A stretch of 62,935 nt of DNA, the filler included, from Octopus bimaculoides (taxonomy: Eukaryota), in the NCBI RefSeq assembly GCF_001194135.2. It is 5 parts of 5 records of this genome, joined end to end, with 100 filler letters (N's around TTAATTAATTAA, not from the genome) between each part and the next. Parts side by side here need not be neighbours in the genome. Positions count along the whole stretch, not along the records: positions 1 to 28,906 come from NC_068993.1; 4 more parts are not named here. The stretch is one strand, 5' to 3'. Positions 1-15,035 of this stretch are shown one piece after another. Position 1 is the first letter of the stretch. Each line of letters begins with the position of its first letter. The translations under genes were made by a program, and so were the position numbers. A model generated the notes under the pieces. The model was not told the origin of the DNA, made no database searches, and saw only the letters and a program-made list of their open reading frames with translations.

Positions 1-46
<46 letters not shown>

Positions 47-94
47 GTACCATCATCATCATCATCATCATTATTATTATTATTATTATTATTA

Positions 95-156
<62 letters not shown>

Positions 157-158
157 TT
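1..158. repeat. (ATT)n/(ATC)n microsatellite
   Basis: Near-pure ATT run with short ATC interruptions. It is representative of dozens of AC, AT, AG, TATC, TATG, AAT and GAT arrays across the window, many abutting N gaps. Confidence 0.98.
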
Positions 159-890
159 TATGTCTTTGTTGGTTAGTTTCATTTTTGCTTTTCATTCTTT
201 GTTTTTTTATTCCTTCTCTTTTGTTGTTTTTTTACGGGTTCAGTATTTTTTTTTTGCTTTTATTTTGGGGGGTTTTTTTCGGTTATATTTGTTGTTTTTT
301 TTTAGCATATTTCATTTCTTTTTTTTACATGTGCTTTTTTATTCTCTCATTTTCTTTTCTTACTTCTTTTTAAAACCCATTTTTTCGTTCCGTTAATTTC
401 TTCTCCATTACTTTTTCACTCATTCACGCATTTAGTCTTTCATTCCTTTTACACCCACTCTTTCATTCAGTCATTCATTCACTTACTCGATCCTTCAATT
501 CACATACTCATTCAGTCTCTCACTCATTCATTCACGATATTCATTCCCATCATTCATATAAAGCAATAGTTCGTTCACTTCTATCCCTCTCTTTCAGACT
601 CATACATCTTCTTCATTCCCTCAAAGATTCACAGTCTCTATCTCTTTTTGTTTCTCGCTCCTTCGCACATTCACACAACCACTCGTATATGACACATATT
701 TTCTTCGCTTATTCACTCATATACTTTTATTCCCCTTATTCATCGTCTCTTTCATTCAAAGAGTTATTCACTCTTCTTCTCCACTCACTCACCAAATTAA
801 TTTCACTCATTCACTCATTAACTTAATCATTTGCAGCAACACATTTTATCACACCCATACACATACACAAGCATTGCGCGCGCACACACG

Positions 891-931
<41 letters not shown>

Positions 932-942
932 NNNNNNNNNNG

Positions 943-989
<47 letters not shown>

Positions 990-2551
990 GCACAAACACA
1001 AACGAGCGCCCATTCTGAAACGTAGGCACATTTTAACACACACATTACGCACCGACCTACAAATTCACACACAACCACACTCGAACACACAACTACACAA
1101 ACGCATAAACACGCATACTAACACACAAACAACAACACACATAAACACACATTTACACATACATCACACCTATACAACCATACTCAACGACACATACACA
1201 AACACAGGTTCTAAAATTTCTCTCTTCATTTATAAATTCTTCAATTAATTTATCGCCTTTTCATCTTCATTATCCCGCCAAAATTCACTCTTTCACTTCC
1301 TTCTTTCTTTCTTCCTTCCTTCCTTCCTTCTTTCCTTCCTTCCTTCCTTTCTTTCTTTCTTCCTTTCTTTCTTTCTTTCTTTCTTTCTTTCTCTATTTCG
1401 TCGCCCAATCTATAACAGTGGTTTCATTTCTGTTTTTCATTCATTAAAACCATTGTACATTCACTCTCAAACTTAGTTGCCTTCGAATACCGTTTTCATC
1501 TTCTCCACGCTGCTTTTCGTTCCTATTTGCCGTTTTTCTTTTTTTTTATGTTCTGAATCTTATATTTGTTTATTATTATTATTATTATTATTATTATTTT
1601 CATTTACATATTTTTCGTTACTTTCTTCTTCTCCATTTATTCATTTTTTTTTCTTTTTGTTTCCAAATAGTCAATTTTCAGAGTTTTTCTTTATTTCCAA
1701 TCATTTTCCCTTCGTTTTGCTATTTTCTTGGCTTCATTCCTTCTGTCTTTCTGTAGATATTTTCCCTCTCTCTCTCTTTCTTTCACTCTCTATTTCTTTG
1801 TTTCTTTGTTTCTTTCTTTCTTTCTTTTTTGTTCCTTCCTTTCTTTGCCTTTTATTGTCTTCCAAATAGACACTTTACTCAGTTTTCTTTATTTCACATT
1901 TTTGCGCCTCTGTATTTTCTTCTTGCTTTCTATCCTTCTACATCTCTCTCTCCCCCTCTCTCTCTTTCTCTCTCTCTCTCATTCTCTCTCTTTCACTCTC
2001 TTTATCCTTACTCTCTTTCGACCATTCTTTCTTGTGTTACATTTTACTTTGTTTCATGTACAGTTTGCAGACAGTGGAGATGAAAATGAAGTCTGACTTG
2101 TCATCTCTTTAGTGCGCTGTTGATGTATGTCTAATGTCCAGCTTGCTCACTAGATGGCAGGTATTTCCTGTCGAACGGAGCGGAAGTAGTTATCGTAAAC
2201 CAGTCTTTCTCACTGCGGTTTTTCAACCAATCAATATGAAATCTGCAAGATTACACAACTCTTAGAAATTAAGAGATAATTTTCTCACTCGTCTTTGTTG
2301 TGTCACTTTCTCAAACATTCTCCTTATACTAACCTCCTACCTCCTCTCGATACTAACCTCCAACCTACACCCTAGATTATTTCATATTCTATCTTTCTCT
2401 TTTATTCAGTCTTATCACTCTTTGTCTATCTTTATATGCATCTCACTCCGTCTATCTTTGTTGTTTACTGTTCACTGCAATTCTCGTATATTCATTCTGC
2501 CTGTCTTACAGCCATTTGCCTTTCTGTTCTGTCTATCAATCTATCGGACTG

Positions 2552-2606
<55 letters not shown>

Positions 2607-2752
2607 GTCTATCTATCTATCTATCTATCTGCATGCGTCTGCATCTATGTCTTTCTGTCTGTCTGTTCGTCTGTCTATCTATCTATCCAGGATTTAACTA
2701 TCTGTCTCTTTGTCTCTCTTGGTNNNNNNNNNNCTATCTATCTATCTATCTG

Positions 2753-2811
<59 letters not shown>

Positions 2812-3257
2812 GTCTATCTATCTATCTATCTATCTGCATGCGTCTGCATCTATGTCTTTCTGTCTGTCTGTTCGTCTGTCTATCTATCTATCCAGGATTT
2901 AACTATCTGTCTCTTTGTCTCTCTTGGTCTATTTTCATATCTATCATCATGATGGTCTATGCATTTATCAATCTATCTATCTGTCTGTCTGACTGTATGT
3001 CTATCCATTCATTCACCCACCGACAGTTTCTCACTTGCTTCCTATTAACCTCTTATCGTCTTGTATTCTTTTAGTCGGGTGTATGTTTTTTTTTTCCTAG
3101 TAAGATACTTCATTCAGCGTGTTCAATAAGCGCTTTATATATGTGTGACTATCTATTTGCATGCGTGTTTGTGTAAGTAGGTATGAATATGTACGTATAT
3201 ATATATACGTACATATTCGTGCATTTCCTTCATTGTGTGTGTGTGTCATGTTTTTGC

Positions 3258-3457
3258 CTCCGCCAGTGCTTGGCAATCGGTGCTGGTTTGTTTACGCTCC
3301 CGTAACTTCAGTGGTACAGCAAAACAGATGGAAAGAATAAGTAATAGGCTTTAAAATAAAGCAACAATAAGACAAATCATACCGTGAACGATTTGTTGGA
3401 CAACATCGTTCATGGTGGTGCTCCAGCATGGCCGAAGTTCAATGACTGAAACCAGTC
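3258..3457 (+). mobile_element. SINE family B, 3' half (decayed)
   Basis: Matches the 3' half of the fuller copies at 43515-43868 and 46605-46945 (tgctggt..gtttacg.cccgtaactt...ggtgctccagcatggccg...aatgactgaaac). Confidence 0.8.
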
Positions 3458-4621
3458 ATAGATTACGATAAAGATATGTGTGTAGGGGGGGGGCTGGTTG
3501 TGCTTCCGTGTTTATATGTACATACACTTGTCAATAACTATAACAAACACACACACACACAAAAAAAATAACACACACACACACACACACACACTTATAT
3601 ACATATATTCACATGCACATATATACACACATATACATATATATACATACAATTAAAATACAATAAGATATGTAGGCAGTCTCTCTCTATACACACACAC
3701 ACACATATATATATATGAACACTTACACACAAACGAGCACATATAGACACACACGCACACACATATATGTATGTATATATATATATGTGTATATATATAT
3801 GTGTATATTCGTATGATTGCATGTATTTATATAATTATGTATGTTTGTATGCATGTATGTATATCTATATGTATGTAAGTATGTATGTATGTGTATATAT
3901 ATATATATATAGACTACATTCTTTACCCAATTACCCCTGGAAGTTCCAATCTACACAACGTGAATCTAAAAAAAAAATAAAGAAAAGAAAAATAATTACA
4001 TAAAGGCCATCATAGATATTCTTGCAATTATATTATTCTGCACCAGTGTCTATATCTGTGTCTCTATCTGTCTGGACGTTTAATACCCTGGCTACGCATT
4101 CATAAACATATGTCGAAAAATGCTCAACATCCGTTCTGGGATATAAGCAGTTGAATGCAGAAGCAGATACGCACATGTATGCGTAACCAAAAAAAAACAA
4201 AAGAAAAACAACAAAACATGCATAACTACGAATGGAAAACGAAATAATTATTTCTAAGCATCAAAGTCCTCTTCCACAGAAGGCAATTATTCTCTGTGTG
4301 ACTGTCTGGATGTTGGTTGGTCACATCCAGTCTCCCCGCCATCATTCCAAATTTGTCATTCGTTCGCTCTTACTTTTCTCACACAGTGTGTAATTTTGCG
4401 GCACCTCTCTCTTTCACTGCACTCCTGCTCTGTCGTATTGTATTTATGTTTCGTGTCCTCCAAGTCTATATATTTTCATCTCGCGACGAGTTTATATTAT
4501 ACGCGCCATCACATGTCCATGCGTATAAAAGCTCATAGGGGCGAAAATGCATACAAACATATACGCATAAGTGTGTACATGCATGCAAATATATATGTGT
4601 GTGCATGTGTGTGTGTTTGTG

Positions 4622-4662
<41 letters not shown>

Positions 4663-5154
4663 GCATTAATATACATATATATACACATATGTACATCTAT
4701 ATACTTATAGTCAAGCAGATATATAGAGAGGTATGCTTATATGGATACAGATGTATACAAATATGTTGGAGTCTGTATAAATTTCTACATGCGNNNNNNN
4801 NNNNNNNNNNNNNNNNNNNNNNNNNNNNNNNNNNNNNNNNNNNNNNNNNNNNNNNNNNNNNNNNNNNNNNNNNNNNNNNNNNNNNNNNNNNNNNNNNNNN
4901 NNNNNNNNNNNNNNNNNNNNNNNNNNNNNNNNNNNNNNNNNNNNNNNNNNNNNNNNNNNNNNNNNNNNNNNNNNNNNNNNNNNNNNNNNNNNNNNNNNNN
5001 NNNNNNNNNNNNNNNNNNNNNNNNNNNNNNNNNNNNNNNNNNNNNNNNNNNNNNNNNNNNNNNNNNNNNNNNNNNNNNNNNNNNNNNNNNNNNNNNNNNN
5101 NNNNNNNNNNNNNNNNNNNNNNNNNNNNNNNNNNNNNNNNNNNNNNNNNNNNNN

Positions 5155-5229
<75 letters not shown>

Positions 5230-5929
5230 ACGTTCATATACTTATAGTCATGCAGATACGTAGAGGCGCTTGCTTATATGCCTACTGATATATACAAATA
5301 TATCGGAGTGTATATATACATTTCTACAGACTCGTGTATGTACGCGTCTAGACATGAGTGCGTGTGCATGTGTGTGTGTGTGTGTGTGTATGTTTGTGTG
5401 TGTGTGTGTTTGTGTGTGTTTGTGTGTGTGTTTGTGTGTTTATGCGTGTGTGTGCGTGTGTGTGTGTGTGTGTTTGACAGAGGATAAACGAAAGGCTAGC
5501 AACGGACATTTGTTTAAAATTTTTTATTGTCGCATGGACGGCAATTCAGAATCGTAAAGCTGAAGGTTATCATAATGTACATTAAAAACGCTTCGTACTA
5601 TATAAATTCCAAAATATAATTGTATGGCCGTGTATGTAATTGGAGCTTGATAAAATCTCAACTGTCGCGTACGGTTGTATGACATGGTTCTTCGACACTT
5701 CGTAGTGTAGTATAATCTTAGCTGCATTAGTAGCAGCATAGACTCTTTCTCGTTTGTTGCTCTGTTAGAGATTTGAGTAAAATTGTATTAAGGTGTCCAA
5801 CTGATTGAAAATTCTATTTATTTATGCAGCTGAGGATAGCCCTGCATTTAAACTGATGTAATGATTGCATTGTTCGATTAAATAGAGCCGCATGAAATGG
5901 CTCCATTTCATATATATATATATATATAG

Positions 5930-5960
<31 letters not shown>

Positions 5961-8453
5961 TGAGAGAGAGACAAGTGTTTCAACTTGGTATTGATACTTA
6001 TATTGTTTATCTTCGGAGACTGCACGAAACCCTTCAGAATTTCGCAAAGGCTCGAGTTTAATGTGATTATTAATAAGAGCCACAAGAAGAATCCTTCCAC
6101 ACAAACACACATATATGCAAATGTCTGTATATNNNNNNNNNNNNNNNNNNNNNNNNNNNNNNNNNNNNNNNNNNNNNNNNNNNNNNNNNNNNNNNNNNNN
6201 NNNNNNNNNNNNNNNNNNNNNNNNNNNNNNNNNNNNNNNNNNNNNNNNNNNNNNNNNNNNNNNNNNNNNNNNNNNNNNNNNNNNNNNNNNNNNNNNNNNN
6301 NNNNNNNNNNNNNNNNNNNNNNGGAATATATTTAAGCGAAGTTGACACGCTCAAAGGATATAAGCCAGGCCTCTTAGAATACAAAATCCCCGAAACACAG
6401 ACAGCTGTGGCACAAAATATTTTATCCCAAAGAGTGACTCTTTCAAAGTATACCTTAAGGTCGAACGCACTCTTACCGACATTGTTGATATAATAATTTA
6501 CATTTTCTAGAAATGATGTAACACCCACACTGACTTGGACGGTTCGTATTTTTAGCTTTTTGACTCAAAAATGATATTAAATGCCGTTCTAGTTATTGTT
6601 GTTGTTTGGTTGCTACTTGCTGTAGGCCGAGTGATTAGGTGAGGTCTCATTTTTAATTAGCCCTATTTGCAGTAATTGAGGATAACGAGGCGTTTATTTT
6701 AGTTTTTTTTTTCTCGACCATTAATTTCTTTTATTTGTGTTTTGTTTGTAGGGAAGAGAACGCCTATCAGATTGACAGGGTCTCCTTGGGCGGAACAGAA
6801 TCTTGCAACAAAGGAGACCTCGATAAAGAAATCCAAAATACAAAGTGAAATGGTTGCGTCTAATCGAGCTACACATTAGGTCTACCGTCAAGCTAGGCTA
6901 TGGTGTGATTTGAACACATAACACGAAGTCCCGGAACAATTGTCTGGTCGAGATTACGTGATCACATGATACACACAGATATATAAACATACATATACTA
7001 ATGTACTTATCTATATATATACATAGATACATACATATTTCTATATATATATATACGTATTTAGACACACAACTGACAGACAGATATGGAGGGACNNNNN
7101 NNNNNNNNNNNNNNNNNNNNNNNNNNNNNNNNNNNNNNNNNNNNNNNNNNNNNNNNNNNNNNNNNNNNNNNNNNNNNNNNNNNNNNNNNNNNNNNNNNNN
7201 NNNNNNNNNNNNNNNNNNNNNNNNNNNNNNNNNNNNNNNNNNNNNNNNNNNNNNNNNNNNNNNNNNNNNNNNNNNNNNNNNNNNNNNNNNNNNNNNNNNN
7301 NNNNNNNNNNNNNNNNNNNNNNNNNNNNNNNNNNNNNNNNNNNNNNNNNNNNNNNNNNNNNNNNNNNNNNNNNNNNNNNNNNNNNNNNNNNNNNNNNNNN
7401 NNNNNNNNNNNNNNNNNNATATATATATATATATATATACGTATTTAGACACACAACTGACAGACAGATATGGAGGGACAGAGGAAGAGAGAAAGAGAAA
7501 GACAGAGAACGAAATGGTCTCTTCTATTTCTATTATTTGAAGTCTATAGAGACGGAACTGCTTTCTTAGAAATAATTAAAATGTTCATCATTGCAATGCA
7601 TATAATATAAACAGTATCAAATTTTAAAGTTAAAAACCTCTTGCAGATGTTCACTGTTCCCCATATACATTTTATAAATGAATGTATGTACGTACGTATA
7701 TATGCATGTACGTACATACATACGTATGTATGTATGTATGTATGTATGTTATATTGTTTGGTTAATAAAATATTATTTACGATAGTCAGATACTGAGGCG
7801 ATTAAATAAATATCATAAAAATATAATATACGACATGTTTCTTCGTTTGATCTTGCTTTCCCAGACCTCACAAATATAAAAATGAATGCTAGCGTTTTAT
7901 GCAAATTCGTAAGAGAACCAAAACATCATAGCTGAAAGAACATTTATAGAACACAAGACCATTTCTTATATGGATAGTTTTCGATATAAAATATATCGCA
8001 GAATTTCTCTAGCACCATAGATTCTTGCAGGTTACAGATGTACAATAAGAAGCATTCAATGGAGTTAAGCGAAATTTACTCAAAGACATCATACCCCAAA
8101 GCACCTGAACTATCATACCATACGCTAACGTACCTGGGTCGATAGTTAGTCTGAAATTTCAGGTGAAAAGTGCAATATAGAAATGTCCAGAAGCTTTGTT
8201 GAATTTCTATATTTTTTCTTGTTTTAATTATGAACATGGTGCCCAAGGCTGTAAGAAGGCAAACAGTCATTCATACACGTATAGAACTTCACAAGAATTC
8301 ATGTATAAGTTATGTGTCCACGTTAACATATGAAAATATTATATCTGATGGTCGGAATAACTTTTACCCTTGCTATCTATCATTTTATCGCAACTTCTCC
8401 CTTTCTACAAGATAAATACACAAACACATGCACACACACACGCACGCACGCAC

Positions 8454-8487
<34 letters not shown>

Positions 8488-8777
8488 GCACTTGCATACA
8501 CACACATACTTATAGACATAAACTTGTTTTTGCAATTTCGTATATTTGTATCAACGTACGCACACACCCATATATATACATGTATATAAACATACTTATA
8601 TGTATATATANNNNNNNNNNNNNNNNNNNNNNNNNNNNNNNNNNNNNNNNNNNNNNNNNNNNNNNNNNNNNNNNNNNNNNNNNNNNNNNNNNNNNNNNNN
8701 NNNNNNNNNNNNNNNNNNNNNNNNNNNNNNNNNNNNNNNNNNNNNNNNNNNNNNNNNNNNNNNNNNNNNNNNNNNNN

Positions 8778-8815
<38 letters not shown>

Positions 8816-8853
8816 CTGTATATATGTATGAATATATATCTAAACATATTTAT

Positions 8854-8887
<34 letters not shown>

Positions 8888-9243
8888 ATGTTTAGATATG
8901 TATTCTTACATATATATACACACGCACACACACACACATACACACACGTACACTCTTATATAGGACCTGGTGGATGGTATATGTGTTTAACTAGGTGCAT
9001 AATTGTGAATGCGTGCGCAGGTGTTTGGGAATGTATGTGTAAGCACACATACAATTTTATGCAAATATGTAAGCAACTTGTCAGTTCCATATCATTATTT
9101 ACCGAGAGTGAAATGTAAATATAAAACCAACGAAAAGAAACCGCTGTCCGGAGACAATTGATGTATCTGTCAATGCTCTGTATTTTTATGAATTGAGCAT
9201 ATAGTGCTCACGATGTAATATCGACTACCGGGACATAAGCACA

Positions 9244-9294
<51 letters not shown>

Positions 9295-9480
9295 GCAGAT
9301 AGCTAGGTAGGTAGTTGGATAGATAGATAGATACACAGATAGATATAAACGTATGCATTTATATGTGTATATCTGTATATATATGTGTGTCTTTGTGTGT
9401 ATATGTGTGTGCGTGTGTGTATGTTATATATGCTCAAAAGGCTTAATTCTCTATACATATGCATACACATTTATATATAT

Positions 9481-9521
<41 letters not shown>

Positions 9522-9584
9522 AATACGTACATATATACAGAGAAACACATACACACACAAGCACACACACTTTCACACACATAT

Positions 9585-9618
<34 letters not shown>

Positions 9619-10534
9619 ATNNNNNNNNNNNNNNNNNNNNNNNNNNNNNNNNNNNNNNNNNNNNNNNNNNNNNNNNNNNNNNNNNNNNNNNNNNNNNNNN
9701 NNNNNNNNNNNNNNNNNNNNNNNNNNNNNNNNNNNNNNNNNNNNNNNNNNNNNNNNNNNNNNNNNNNNNNNNNNNNNNNNNNNNNNNNNNNNNNNNNNNN
9801 NNNNNNNNNNNNNNNNNNNNNNNNNNNNNNNNNNNNNNNNNNNNNNNNNNNNNNNNNNNNNNNNNNNNNNNNNNNNNNNNNNNNNNNNNNNNNNNNNNNN
9901 NNNNNNNNNNNNNNNNNNNNNNNNNNNNNNNNNNNNNNNNNNNNNNNNNNNNNNNNNNNNNNNNNNNNNNNNNNNNNNNNNNNNNNNNNNNNNNNNNNNN
10001 NNNNNNNNNNNNNNNNNNNNNNNNNNNNNNNNNNNNNNNNNNNNNNNNNNNNNNNNNNNNNNNNNNNNNNNNNNNNNNNNNNNNNNNNNNNNNNNNNNNN
10101 NNNNNNNNNNNNNNNNNNNNNNNNNNNNNNNNNNNNNNNNNNNNNNNNNNNNNNNNNNNNNNNNNNNNNNNNNNNNNNNNNNNNNNNNNNNNNNNNNNNN
10201 NNNNNNNNNNNNNNNNNNNNNNNNNNNNNNNNNNNNNNNNNNNNNNNNNNNNNNNNNNNNNNNNNNNNNNNNNNNNNNNNNNNNNNNNNNNNNNNNNNNN
10301 NNNNNNNNNNNNNNNNNNNNNNNNNNNNNNNNNNNNNNNNNNNNNNNNNNNNNNNNNNNNNNNNNNNNNNNNNNNNNNNNNNNNNNNNNNNNNNNNNNNN
10401 NNNNNNNNNNNNNNNNNNNNNNNNNNNNNNNNNNNNNNNNNNNNNNNNNNNNNNNNNNNNNNNNNNNNNNNNNNNNNNNNNNNNNNNNNNNNNNNNNNNN
10501 NNNNNNNNNNNNNNNNNNNNNNNNNNNNNNNNNN

Positions 10535-10603
<69 letters not shown>

Positions 10604-11430
10604 CATGTACTTATGTATATTTAAGTAAATAAAATATGTAATAATATTTGAACAAAGAAACTTATTTAAATAGATATAGACATTTCAATCGAAAAAGAAA
10701 CTAAATTTAAACAAAACAAGAGAATATGCGTTACATTTCAGTAGAAAAAAAGAATAAAAGATTATTTCAATATTCTGTTTGAAAGTTTGTGTTAGCTTCA
10801 CGATTAAATCGATAGAATATATACTTGGTGTGTGTACTTTAAATTTAAAGAAACACGATGTCACAAGTATTCAGAAAAAAAAAGAAGAAAATTCTTATTA
10901 GTATCGTTTTTTTAGATCGAAGTCGCCCTTGATTGTGTAGATCTGTTATGAAACGTATGCCAGACATAGAGATTATATATTATCAGGCATCGTTTATCTT
11001 GGACAACACTAACCAAATGCATTCCATTTTTAAGATGGCGTTTATTTTAGGACTTCATGTAGAGCTATGTATATTCTCACCAGTTTTTTGCGTTACGCAT
11101 TTGTTTTTTTTTAATATCTGAATTCGATTTCTCTTTTTATATGTGCATTATTTCTGGATTCTAGTTTCTCTCAATATGGACGATTTTCCTTAGCGAAAAA
11201 AGGATGAAACAATAAAATTAAATAATTTGTAAAGAAAAATATATAAAAATAATAAATAGCATGAAATAAATATGCACCGGAGCGTTGAGATATATAATGT
11301 ATAGCACAATATGTTTGAACGAATAAGTATATTTCCAACATACTTGACCCAAGAAACCAACTAGAAAATCTGGCTTATGTTTATCTATGCCATGACTAAT
11401 GTTCCTTTCTATTATACTCTCTCTCTCTCT

Positions 11431-11483
<53 letters not shown>

Positions 11484-12079
11484 GGTTTTCTTAATATTTC
11501 ATTGTCTTTTCTTTCTTTGAAATCCCAATGTTTAGTTTTGCTGTTTCACGCAAACACTTTCAATTTCTTAAATGAATGCTTCTACTTGCATTCAGTGAGC
11601 AGCAACTACACTTGGTCTACTGCATTTATAAAATATAAATGCTACACTTCACTTCCTTTGAGAGTGTAAGGTCACTAAATAAAAAACCATATACAATGAC
11701 ATGACCAGCCTCTAACATATATTGATTCGTAGTAGATTCTCGCTTCAAAATGTTCCAAGAAAGGTGACATTTTTTGCAAGGGAGAGCGATTATTCCGTTA
11801 AGACAACGTCTTTGCCAATTAGTGACTGGAAGAAAAAAGCACGCGTTTTTTTTTATGGAGTTGTTCAGAGAATATTACTCCTATTATTAGAACTTTCCAT
11901 GAAGTTAAAGGACCATTGCCAAACTGCCAATAAAGCAATTCCTTTTTTGCTCTAGAATGCGTGACCCTATCAAATTCTATATCCAAAACCGTGACATTTA
12001 CTACAATAATATGACGAAAACAACTGAAACCTCACCCACCAAACTGTCAAATTTAACCACTTCTTTACAAATAGTTAAT

Positions 12080-12275
12080 ATTGGTTTCATATTTTGGCAA
12101 ATGGTCAGCAAGGGAGACGGTAAGTGGAATACAGCGCTTGAATGGTACTCATTTTATCAACACTGAATTGAAGAAAGATAATGTTGACCGCGGTGGAAGT
12201 TGCGCTCGGAACGTAAAGACGGACGAAATACCGCTATGCATTTGCCCGGCGCGGTAACGATTCTGCCAGCTCGCC
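12080..12275 (-). mobile_element. tRNA-derived SINE family A
   Basis: Reverse complement begins ggcgagctggcagaatcgtta (A-box-like) and follows the same body as the copies at 20772-21655. Confidence 0.85.
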
Positions 12276-13324
12276 AAATTAAGCAAATACGAAAAATTAA
12301 CTTTTCCGAAGCACTGTAAGGTTTTGGAGAAATTTTTGGAGAGTTTGAACTCTAATCCAGAAGAGAACGAATCGCCACTCAATTATACTAGATTGCTTGT
12401 ATATACTTTAAAGGAATTATAATATTGTATGTAAATTTTTAGAGCAAGCTGAAAGGCTGGTTGAAAAGATTTCAAGCATGGACAGGATATCACACGAGCT
12501 CATTGGTTACGCTGTTTACCGCATGTGCCTCACACCCACACACACACTATAATTTTTCCTTTTATTTTCTACATTCTACGACAATTAAAGCTATTTGCCT
12601 TAATATATTCACTCTTTTCCGGAAATGCCACATGGAAATTAAATGTCTTGTTGAAAACCTATCAAAGATTAATATATATAAAGAAGGCAAATAGTAGAAG
12701 ATTATAAAAATGTGAGTAAATTCTGAAATGGTACCTTCATACACTCCTTGCAATATGTAGAAACCACTATATTTTCTAACCATACGAAGGTATATTTTAG
12801 AAATGACTTCATCATATTCATTAAGTAATTTGACTTTAAGCCATTTAAATGTCAATTTTAATTATTCCACTTCTGTGTTATTCGAAAGAAGATTTTATTT
12901 AGTTCGTATTATAACTACATTTCCCACTGTCTTTTATTCACAGCTTAGCCGTCAGTCTTCGATAGGCCATTGATGGTGGCGTGAGTAGGACCACTCGAAT
13001 TAGAAACGGATATCCGCCAGGCATGATGATTTCGTACCTGACTCATCCGTTTTCATTTGTGCTACAACTAAGGTCGGATTATACAATTTAATGATCCGAT
13101 ATTTCATAAATAAATTCCAATCGATCCATGAGTCCTATAATCTAAAAAACTATTTACACACCTGCATCCATAAAGTTTGGCACAAATGGACACACATATA
13201 TTGAAAATGTGGTACTGGTTAGCATGTCATACTTGTTTGCGAGTGATGGTTAGGCACATAAATATACAGGCATTTATTTCTATCTCTCTACCTATCCATC
13301 TACCAATCCACCCACCTGTCTACA

Positions 13325-13392
<68 letters not shown>

Positions 13393-13405
13393 CATCTATC
13401 CATCC

Positions 13406-13459
<54 letters not shown>

Positions 13460-13940
13460 NNNNNNNNNNNNNNNNNNNNNNNNNNNNNNNNNNNNNNNNN
13501 NNNNNNNNNNNNNNNNNNNNNNNNNNNNNNNNNNNNNNNNNNNNNNNNNNNNNNNNNNNNNNNNNNNNNNNNNNNNNNNNNNNNNNNNNNNNNNNNNNNN
13601 NNNNNNNNNNNNNNNNNNNNNNNNNNNNNNNNNNNNNNNNNNNNNNNNNNNNNNNNNNNNNNNNNNNNNNNNNNNNNNNNNNNNNNNNNNNNNNNNNNNN
13701 NNNNNNNNNNNNNNNNNNNNNNNNNNNNNNNNNNNNNNNNNNNATATATATATATATATACACACATGGGTGTGTGTGTAGACATATTAAAACATACATG
13801 CACATACACATATATTGATGCATATATATGGATATGCAAGGTTTTTGTATATATTTATATATATATATGTTTGCTGGTAATAACCTACAACACATACTCA
13901 CTCACACAGACACACACCCGCGTGCACACACGAAAGCACG

Positions 13941-13983
<43 letters not shown>

Positions 13984-14003
13984 GTGTGTGTGTGAGTGTG
14001 TGT

Positions 14004-14044
<41 letters not shown>

Positions 14045-14952
14045 CGGGATACAATCACATTGACATCCAGTTAAATAACCTTCTATAGCAATGTTTACTT
14101 TCATAAAACTGCATTCCACTTTGTCCAGGGATATACTGGTCTTATTGAAATCAAATGTTCAAGTATCTATAGTTTAAGGCACAAATTTATCGAGCAGGAT
14201 CAGGTGTGGTTACACTGGAATACGAGAATGAAAGGTCGCAATAACAGTGTCTTAGAACTTTCAACAAGATATCACACATTGCCAAGGGTATAATAGGGAT
14301 GTATTGATAAGATTCATGCAATATTTTCATGAAAGGGACTGCTTGTTTTGTTAAGAGATAACCACTGTTGATGATTTACGCTCAGATTCACAACCATACA
14401 CATAGATACTTAAACACTCACACACACACATATATATATATACATTATATATATATATATATATATACACAGATATGCCGGGAGATATACGGTCCGTCAG
14501 AATAGACTGTAGATGTGTAAGTACAACAAAGCTGTATACTTATATGTGTATTTAGCAAAAATATATTAACGACTTATAATTGCGAAAGAAGAGAAAACTT
14601 CCTTAATAATAATAGTTCCAGAAATGTTCAATTGAGGCATAGTTCAATTTTATAAAAATGTTTTAAGAACAAAACATGTTCGTTTCATCGCTAACAATCA
14701 CAAAATTAACAAGCGCGTGCACATGCAATAATACCAATAAAACACACATACACGCACGTACGCACGTACGCACGCACACGCACGCGCGCACATTCAGACA
14801 GTTAGTACAAGGGACGTATCCAGCCAGTGTGATAAGTGGTATGTATAAACGTCTCGGCATTTGATTCGCCTTCAAACTACTATCATTAAAAGTAAGAAAT
14901 ATATAGACACATTTTACACATATTCATCCAGTATACATTTTTATTTTTATGC

Positions 14953-15035
<83 letters not shown>

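Noticed and set aside
2534-2930. Exact duplication of about 100 nt of unique sequence on both sides of a 10-N gap (similar cases at 7030-7095/7419-7480 and 25781-25850/26300-26370)
   Set aside because: Identical copies flanking a gap are the typical signature of overlapping contig ends left unmerged, so they are likely artefacts.
9353-10632. Long ORFs of 150-420 aa spanning N runs (also 16990-18145, 37872-38831 and 44321-45567)
   Set aside because: Their length comes from X residues in assembly gaps.
11956-12119. Exon MRDPIKFYIQ... with acceptor at 11955 and GTAAGT donor at 12120
   Set aside because: The donor and the last third of the frame come from the antisense family A SINE, whose consensus carries this cryptic donor. 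There is no evidence it is used.
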